Part shown: positions 8,834 to 14,495 of the stretch, piece by piece | Position numbering within the stretch: the stretch's first letter is position 1 | Layout: each line of letters opens with the position of its first letter | Position numbers and translations under genes: made by a program | Origin: Patescibacteria group bacterium | GTDB lineage: Bacteria; Patescibacteriota; Patescibacteriia; 2-01-FULL-39-33 | Length of the DNA: 32,000 nucleotides | NCBI GenBank assembly: GCA_041662745.1 | Contig: JBAZRV010000004.1 | Span: 1-32,000 of the forward strand | Direction: 5' to 3' | Notes under the pieces: generated by a model | Told to the model about the DNA's origin: nothing | Seen by the model: the letters and a program-made list of their open reading frames with translations, nothing else | The model's database searches: none

Positions 8834-8950
8834 AATGTGGATTCGGACGGCAACCGCGTCAACCTCGGCAACTTCGATGCTACCGGCCTCAAGGTCAACA
8901 ACAACTGGGATGACAATCGCAATGGCGATCTGGCCGTCTCCTCCGCCCGG
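8834..8950 (+). repeat. DGR template repeat (TR)
   Basis: Adenine-rich AAC/AAT codons in target frame (NVDSDGNRVNLGNFDATGLKVNNNWDDNRNGDLAVSSAR); invariant GC-rich 3' end CTGGCCGTCTCCTCCGCCCGG (IMH-like) shared with both VRs. Confidence 0.95.
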
Positions 8951-8971
8951 CACTTCCATCTTTTCTTACTA

Positions 8972-9000
8972 AAACACCCTCCTGTTACAGGAGGGTGTTT
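8972..9000. terminator. Bidirectional hairpin terminator between TR and avd
   Basis: AAACACCCTCCTG (8972-8984) TTA CAGGAGGGTGTTT (8988-9000), perfect 13-bp stem. Confidence 0.75.
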
Positions 9001-9014
9001 CCATTTATTATGGC

Positions 9015-9662
9015 CTACAATTCCTTAGTTGACTTAATCCAGCCGCCGAGCATTCGGCCGACTTCATCGACATCCTGTTGCAATGTCACGTACTTATTAG
9101 CCGCTAAGGATTTAGTTTCTTTCATCAGCCGCAAGAATATCCTGAGGAAATTCAGCTTTAAGCTGGCTTTTTGCAAAACCGGCAGCTTGTCTGTTTTGGA
9201 CAGCTGGCTGGCCAGCAATATGCTTTCCAAAATATCCAACAGGACATTTTCACAGCGCTGCCACAAAGTGTAGCGGTCTTGCTTAGCCACGCTTTTCCTG
9301 AGGATATAAAATTGCTTGTAGAGATCATAGATTTTTTTAAAGATCGGTATGTCAAAATCTTCCATATAATTATGAAAATTTATAAAGATATTTATAATGA
9401 GATGATTTCCCTGGAGAATTTGTTTTCCGCCTGGGATAAGTTCAAGATTGGCAATTTTTGCTGGAGTTGGATTTTCCTGATCAATGCTATAATAATTATT
9501 ATATGCGATTAAAACTAAACGCCCATCATCACCCCTTAATATTTTTAAAAGACCCAACTCTTGGTCAAGAATAATCTGACCTACAAGATTAAATTCAGTT
9601 ATTTCGAATGATACAAATTCATCCATATAATTATAATTAATACCTGTATTGAATATTACCAA
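9015..9662 (-). CDS. avd: Avd-like accessory variability determinant (four-helix bundle) with possible N-terminal extension; core likely 9015-9365
   Basis: C-terminal ~116 aa MEDFDIPIFKKIYDLYKQFYILRKSVAKQDRYTLWQRCENVLLDILESILLASQ...KYVTLQQDVDEVGRMLGGWIKS resembles DGR Avd proteins; true start codon uncertain. Confidence 0.82.
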   Translation of the reverse strand: MVIFNTGINYNYMDEFVSFEITEFNLVGQIILDQELGLLKILRGDDGRLVLIAYNNYYSIDQENPTPAKIANLELIPGGKQILQGNHLIINIFINFHNYMEDFDIPIFKKIYDLYKQFYILRKSVAKQDRYTLWQRCENVLLDILESILLASQLSKTDKLPVLQKASLKLNFLRIFLRLMKETKSLAANKYVTLQQDVDEVGRMLGGWIKSTKEL

Positions 9663-9685
9663 AAAATCGCCATTTAGGCGATTTT
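9663..9685 (-). terminator. Intrinsic terminator of the 9884-11238 minus-strand unit
   Basis: Minus strand AAAATCGCC-TAAAT-GGCGATTTTTT: 9-bp stem followed by a T-run. Confidence 0.65.
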
Positions 9686-9774
9686 ATTTAGCTAACAAAA
9701 TAATATACATATACTATTTGAGTCGCCCCACCATCATAGGACGGTGAGTCGGCTCCGATACTTAGTTCTACTAC

Positions 9775-9875
9775 CGGTGTGTTTACAAAAAAATTCGAAC
9801 CGATTTCACCCCCAAAAATTGATGAGCGGGCGGATTTCCTCCCCCAACCCCTCCATCCGCCCGCCCTTTCGGATT
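9775..9875. repeat. Inverted repeat A, left copy
   Basis: 101 bp, perfect reverse complement of 11388-11488. Confidence 0.95.
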
Positions 9876-9883
9876 TGCGATTT

Positions 9884-11020
9884 TCAGTTTTTCTTTGGCG
9901 ACAAATTCTTTTTTTCTAGCATTCTTACCACCTTAAAATCCGTAGTGATTATTGGAATATTACTTGGTATGACATCTAATATTTCTTGTGGTATCTGCTC
10001 AATATCTTTGTTGATAACAACCGCTACAAAATCTTTCGGTGATATATTACCAATTACTCCCATATCACCCTCACTATTTTCTAATGGCCCTAGAGTATGA
10101 TGTTTGTTTGGGACTTTAAATAAAATTGATAAATCATCCCAAAAGTATTTTTTCATCTCACCGGTTTGTTCATAATCGCTTTTTACTAACTCTGGTGGAT
10201 AGGTTGAAATCATGTTGGTTCCAAAAAGTAAATCCGCCATATTCCTAAAGGGGTCATCATATATTTCGAAATCCTCTTTATTTTTAGGCTCCCATCGGCT
10301 TCTCCAATTTTCCTTTTTCAAACGTTCAAATGCAAACTTAGCTAGAGGTGAACTAAAAAAATATGTCTTTATAGACTGATACACCTTATCAGTTGTTTCT
10401 TTTTTTCTTTCATCTCTTATTTCTGGCGTAACCAATAACCAGTCTTGAGCGTAATCTTCTTGTATCGTTTCAATCAAGATATTTGAAAATTCATCGCTGT
10501 TTACCATTTCGTCGTAACTTATGCTATCTAAATTAGCTCCATCGTGAACCCTTTTGTCTAAAAAGATCGACATTGCGCGAATCATCGATTTGCCAAGCTT
10601 TCCCCGCTCATGTTGTACTTCTGGACCATAGCCACCAATAGGAAAATTAACAGCATAACCCTCTTTTTGTAATCGAATTTTCCGATGGCTCAAAATTCCT
10701 TGCCCAAAATAACTTTTTAATTTATTTAAAAGTTCCTCTATTCGCACAATATCTTTTTCATTACGATCTTCAGGCGCTGCATTCAACATCTTAATTAGTC
10801 CTCCTACGAATCTATAGCCACTGTGCTGAGCAACCTTCCTATCGGAAATTAATTGTTTAATTTCTTCAATTAATATTCTCTCATTTTCTTCTCTTTCATT
10901 ATTATTTAAATCAGGACTTTCTCCGCTCATTAGCCCATCAAAACCCGCCTCATTTTCAGTTGGATACTCAAGGCCTTGAATAAAATCTTCTTCTTGTTTT
11001 GGTTGCTCGAGTTTTGGCAT
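9884..11020 (-). CDS. Hypothetical protein of unknown function
   Basis: 378-aa ORF, acidic N-terminus, 5 bp downstream of the XRE regulator on the same strand. Confidence 0.7.
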   Translation of the reverse strand: MPKLEQPKQEEDFIQGLEYPTENEAGFDGLMSGESPDLNNNEREENERILIEEIKQLISDRKVAQHSGYRFVGGLIKMLNAAPEDRNEKDIVRIEELLNKLKSYFGQGILSHRKIRLQKEGYAVNFPIGGYGPEVQHERGKLGKSMIRAMSIFLDKRVHDGANLDSISYDEMVNSDEFSNILIETIQEDYAQDWLLVTPEIRDERKKETTDKVYQSIKTYFFSSPLAKFAFERLKKENWRSRWEPKNKEDFEIYDDPFRNMADLLFGTNMISTYPPELVKSDYEQTGEMKKYFWDDLSILFKVPNKHHTLGPLENSEGDMGVIGNISPKDFVAVVINKDIEQIPQEILDVIPSNIPIITTDFKVVRMLEKKNLSPKKN

Positions 11021-11025
11021 ATTTG

Positions 11026-11238
11026 TTATTTTATTAAATCATCAACCGTAACCCCTAACCCTTTGGCAATTTTTGCCATAGTTTCAATCGTGGGATTGGG
11101 CGTAGCCCCCGATTCAATTTTAATTATTACATTATAAGCAATATCAGCCCTTTTCGAAAGTCCATCTTGAGAAATACCTAGTTTATCTCGGCATTTTTTA
11201 ATATTCCTGGCTATTGTTGGCAATTCACTTTGTTTCAT
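11026..11238 (-). CDS. XRE/Cro-family HTH regulator
   Basis: IKKCRDKLGISQDGLSKRADIAYNVIIKIESGATPNPTIETMAKIAKGLGVTVDDLI is a classic XRE HTH. Confidence 0.9.
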   Translation of the reverse strand: MKQSELPTIARNIKKCRDKLGISQDGLSKRADIAYNVIIKIESGATPNPTIETMAKIAKGLGVTVDDLIK

Positions 11239-11337
11239 AGTATAATTATACTAGTATAGTAGTTAAACAAGTTTTACTACTATAACTTTATCAAAATTCA
11301 TGGATTTTATCAATAATTTTTTTAAGCCCGCTTTTGG

Positions 11338-11366
11338 CCAAAATGAAGTTCGAGCCGATATTTTTT
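11338..11366. repeat. Inverted repeat C, left copy
   Basis: CCAAAATGAAGTTCGAGCCGATATTTTTT, reverse complement of 12969-12997 inside the recombinase 3' end. Confidence 0.85.
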
Positions 11367-11387
11367 CCAGGTTCTTTGGCGGTTTTC

Positions 11388-11488
11388 AATCCGAAAGGGC
11401 GGGCGGATGGAGGGGTTGGGGGAGGAAATCCGCCCGCTCATCAATTTTTGGGGGTGAAATCGGTTCGAATTTTTTTGTAAACACACCG
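11388..11488. repeat. Inverted repeat A, right copy
   Basis: 101 bp, reverse complement of 9775-9875; abuts inverted repeat B with CCG shared. Confidence 0.95.
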
Positions 11489-11572
11489 CCAATCGGTATT
11501 TGCCCAATTTTCGGGCAGAAGTTTCAGAATTCGCCAACCAGTTTTGGCCTGAAATTCAAATTTTTTGGCTTC
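11486..11572. repeat. Inverted repeat B, left copy
   Basis: 87 bp, reverse complement of 12997-13083. Confidence 0.93.
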
Positions 11573-11634
11573 TGATTCTTAAAGAATTGCCAAAAGCGGG
11601 CTTTAAAAAAATTATTAGTTTTAATCTTAAATAT

Positions 11635-13137
11635 ATGAAGTACTTTATTTACGCTCGCAAGTCCACTGACAGCGAAGAACGGCAGATCTTAAGCATTGAA
11701 TCCCAGATTGCTGAGTTGTATGAATTTGCCGCCAAAGAAAAACTGGAAATCGCCGCTTCGCTGTGCGAAGCGAAAACCGCCAAAGAACCTGGCCGAACTG
11801 TGTTCGGAGAAATGCTGGATCGGATTTGCGCCGGCGAAGCCGGAGGAATTTTGGCTTGGCACCCGGATCGGCTGGCTAGAAATTCAATTGACGGAGGCAA
11901 AATCATTTATCTTTTGGACACAGGCCAGATCAAAGACCTAAAGTTTCCCACATTTTGGTTTGACAGCACACCGCAAGGAAAATTCATGATGAACATTGCC
12001 TTTGGCCAAAGCAAGTATTACATCGACAATTTAAGCGAGAATATACGGCGAGGCCATCGGGCTAAACTAAGAAAAGGGATTTGGCCAGTCTTTGCCCCGC
12101 TTGGCTATCTAAATAATCACAGGACCAAAGGCATAGAATTAGACAGGGAAAGGGCGCCTTTGGTCAAAAAATGCTTTGAGCTATACGCTACGGGCGAATA
12201 TACCCTCAAAGCCCTAAGAGATGTAATCAGCCAAGCGGGGCTAAGAAGCTACCGAGGCAATGTTCTGGCCGTGGCCTGTGTCCAAAGAATGCTCAAGAAC
12301 TCGATCTACTATGGCCTATTCAAATTTAACGACGAATTGCATGAGGGAACGCACGAGCCGATTATTTCCAAGAAACTTTTTGATGAAGCTCAACAAGTAA
12401 TGAGTAATCGAGGCAAGAAGAAACGAAAGCGAAAACACGAATTTGCTTTTTCTGGATTAATGAAATGTGGGGTCTGCGATTGCCTCATAACGGCGGAAAA
12501 ACAAAAAGGCCATAATTACTATCGTTGCACCAAGAAAAAACAAACCTGCGACGAAAAATGTCTGCGCGAAGAATTACTTGTTGAACAGATGAAAGAGATA
12601 ATTCAAAAAGTTTCTTTGCCTGACGATTGGGCAAAAAATATGCTCGCCGAGATTGAGTTGGAACGAGAACAAGCAAGAAAAGACGGCATGATTTTTGGGC
12701 AAAAACTGGAAGTGAGAAAAACAGAAATCGAGCAAACCATGGAACGACTGCTTGATTTGTTTATTGAAGGCAAGCATATCGAGCCAGAGGAATATCACGC
12801 TAAAAAACAAAAACTTCTCATCGAGAAGTGTGAGCTTAATCAACAAATCAAGGATTTTGCCCAAAAAGGAAATAATTGGCTCGAACCCATGAAAGAAATG
12901 ATTTTAGCCAGCAGCCAAGCCAAAATTCTATTGTCGCGAGGCGACAATTCGCAAATCCGAGCATTTCTAAAAAATATCGGCTCGAACTTCATTTTGGAAG
13001 CCAAAAAATTTGAATTTCAGGCCAAAACTGGTTGGCGAATTCTGAAACTTCTGCCCGAAAATTGGGCAAATACCGATTGGCGGAGAGAGAGGGATTCGAA
13101 CCCTCGGTACGCCCATAATAGACGTACAACGGTTTAG
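11635..13137 (+). CDS. Large serine recombinase (resolvase domain + recombinase + zinc-ribbon); ORF track start 11500 is likely too early
   Basis: MKYFIYARKSTDSEERQILSIESQIAEL...GGILAWHPDRLARNSIDGGKI...GYLNNHRTKGIELDRE...FSGLMKCGVCDCLITAEKQKGHNYYRCTKKK. Upstream 45 aa of the longer ORF lie in repeat B. Confidence 0.92.
   Translation: MKYFIYARKSTDSEERQILSIESQIAELYEFAAKEKLEIAASLCEAKTAKEPGRTVFGEMLDRICAGEAGGILAWHPDRLARNSIDGGKIIYLLDTGQIKDLKFPTFWFDSTPQGKFMMNIAFGQSKYYIDNLSENIRRGHRAKLRKGIWPVFAPLGYLNNHRTKGIELDRERAPLVKKCFELYATGEYTLKALRDVISQAGLRSYRGNVLAVACVQRMLKNSIYYGLFKFNDELHEGTHEPIISKKLFDEAQQVMSNRGKKKRKRKHEFAFSGLMKCGVCDCLITAEKQKGHNYYRCTKKKQTCDEKCLREELLVEQMKEIIQKVSLPDDWAKNMLAEIELEREQARKDGMIFGQKLEVRKTEIEQTMERLLDLFIEGKHIEPEEYHAKKQKLLIEKCELNQQIKDFAQKGNNWLEPMKEMILASSQAKILLSRGDNSQIRAFLKNIGSNFILEAKKFEFQAKTGWRILKLLPENWANTDWRRERDSNPRYAHNRRTTV
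12969..12997. repeat. Inverted repeat C, right copy
   Basis: AAAAAATATCGGCTCGAACTTCATTTTGG within the recombinase C-terminal codons. Confidence 0.85.
12997..13083. repeat. Inverted repeat B, right copy
   Basis: 87 bp; ends 3 nt inside the 3' end of the mature tRNA-Ser(GCU) sequence (discriminator plus 2 acceptor bases). Confidence 0.93.
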
Positions 13138-13172
13138 CAAACCGCCGCCTTCAGCCACTCGGCCATCTCTCC
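13078..13172 (-). tRNA. tRNA-Ser(GCU), CCA encoded
   Basis: Reverse complement GGAGAGATGGCCGAGTGGCTGAAGGCGGCGGTTTGCTAAACCG...GAGGGTTCGAATCCCTCTCTCTCCGCCA, anticodon GCT, long variable arm. Confidence 0.95.
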
Positions 13173-13231
13173 AAACAACACGACTTGCTTATTCTATCAT
13201 AAAACCATACTTATTGTAAAGCCCTCCCGAA

Positions 13232-13891
13232 CTACGCAGCTAAGACAAAACCGCTAATTTCAGCAAATCCTGCGGTTTTTAATGTGTCGGCGCATTCACG
13301 TAAGGTTGAGCCGGTAGTCAAAACATCATCAACTAAGATTATCCTTTTACCCCAGTTATCGCTTAAACAATCCAAATTGACTTGAAATGCCCCAATTACA
13401 TTCTGCTCCCTGTTTTCTTGCGTCTGGCCGACTTGCGGCTTATGATAAACGACTCGCCGAAGCAAATCCGGACAAACCAATAAAGAAGAATTGGTAGCGG
13501 CTAAAGCCCTGGCGATTACTTCCGCCTGATTGAACCCCCGCCAGAGATACCGACGGCGATGCAAAGGCACCGGGACCAAAACGGCCGGAAGATCATCTGT
13601 TTGTACTGATATTTTTTCTTTCTTTATTAACTGATGAACAGTGCGGGACAAGTCAAAGGCAAAATTATATTTTAAAGCGGCAATAATCCTGTCAATAAGC
13701 GGCTGTTCATAATCAAATAAAGCCTTAACCTTGATAAAATTAGCGCCAACAGGCAGAATCAATTGCCTTTCCCTGCTTGGCAATGTTGCTAAGCATTTTT
13801 CACACAGCCACTCACCTTCCTGATGGCAATTCAAACAATAACGCGGGAACAGCAAGTCAACGATTTGCTCTTTAAAACCGCTTATTGCCAT
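13232..13891 (-). CDS. comF: ComF family phosphoribosyltransferase
   Basis: N-terminal Zn motif CLNCHQEGEWLCEKCL; PRPP motif KRIILVDDVLTTGSTLRECADTLK. Confidence 0.9.
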   Translation of the reverse strand: MAISGFKEQIVDLLFPRYCLNCHQEGEWLCEKCLATLPSRERQLILPVGANFIKVKALFDYEQPLIDRIIAALKYNFAFDLSRTVHQLIKKEKISVQTDDLPAVLVPVPLHRRRYLWRGFNQAEVIARALAATNSSLLVCPDLLRRVVYHKPQVGQTQENREQNVIGAFQVNLDCLSDNWGKRIILVDDVLTTGSTLRECADTLKTAGFAEISGFVLAA

Positions 13892-14451
13892 TTAGCTTGG
13901 TTTACCAACCATTCCGTGCCCGATTTGATGAAATTAAGCTGTAAATTACGATAATAAACATTAGGCGTAATGCCATCGCCGCTGGTCTGTGAAACTTGAG
14001 TTTTCACTACTACCGTCGCCGAGTCTGTTTTGACGCTTTGCAAATCGGCAGAAAGCGCCTTAACCGAGTAACCGGAAAAACCGGCAGCGCCGATAACCGG
14101 AGATTGAGCTAAAGACGCCTTATACATTGTCGGGGTCATTAACGATTCCAAATCCTTGATATTCTTTTGCGGTTCATCAGTGGAATAACTGCCATAACGT
14201 TCGGCAAAAGACATGGCTAACTGCTTTAGTCCGATAGGATATTGGTTTTCCTGCTCCAATCGCTCCGGTGGCGTAGCCGGCAGACCGAAGGCGGCGGCGT
14301 TACCGCTCGTTTCTACCTGCGGCGTAGATCCGGGCTGTTGATTTACCGGCGTTTTTTGCGGTCTGAAGACTAACCACAAAACTATAATTAATGCTACCGC
14401 TATGGCAACAGCCAAAATAATTAACACTACTCGTCGTCGATCTTCAAACAT
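13882..14451 (-). CDS. Hypothetical membrane-anchored protein
   Basis: N-terminal TM segment VVLIILAVAIAVALIIVLWLVF, then extracytoplasmic region. Confidence 0.75.
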   Translation of the reverse strand: MFEDRRRVVLIILAVAIAVALIIVLWLVFRPQKTPVNQQPGSTPQVETSGNAAAFGLPATPPERLEQENQYPIGLKQLAMSFAERYGSYSTDEPQKNIKDLESLMTPTMYKASLAQSPVIGAAGFSGYSVKALSADLQSVKTDSATVVVKTQVSQTSGDGITPNVYYRNLQLNFIKSGTEWLVNQAKWQ

Positions 14452-14495
14452 ATGGAAAATTAGATTATTTTATCTATAATAATAATTGAATATCG

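Larger units (their letters stand above)
8578..9003 (+). ncRNA. Putative TR-containing DGR RNA
   Basis: Begins after TGCTATAAT, contains hairpins (e.g. TATCGCCGTCCACGGATTGCGATA, 8647-8670) and the TR, and ends at a 13-bp GC-rich hairpin. No convincing ORF apart from TR itself. Confidence 0.5.

Noticed and set aside
8837-9028. 63-aa ORF over the TR
   Set aside because: It simply translates the TR and reads through the terminator hairpin; treated as template RNA, not a protein gene.
9713-9775. Possible tRNA or tRNA fragment in GAGTCGCCCCACCATCATAGGACGGTGAGTCGGCTCCGATACTTAG
   Set aside because: No convincing acceptor/anticodon/T-arm set could be built on either strand.
11300-11575. ORFs 11300..11575 (+), 11322..11537 (-), 9744..10100 (+) and 12967..13158 (-) that share peptide segments
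   Set aside because: Their similarity is explained by the inverted repeats A, B and C being translated in different frames or strands; no independent coding evidence.
11500-11634. N-terminal 45 aa of the recombinase ORF in the track
   Set aside because: This lies in inverted repeat B and lacks family-like sequence; the resolvase domain starts at MKYFIYARKS (11635).
190-13083. Long attL/attR direct repeat spanning the island between the two tRNA-Ser genes
   Set aside because: Only about 11 bp (TTGGCGGAGAG) is shared at the 3' ends, which could just reflect tRNA-Ser acceptor similarity; island boundaries are therefore tentative.
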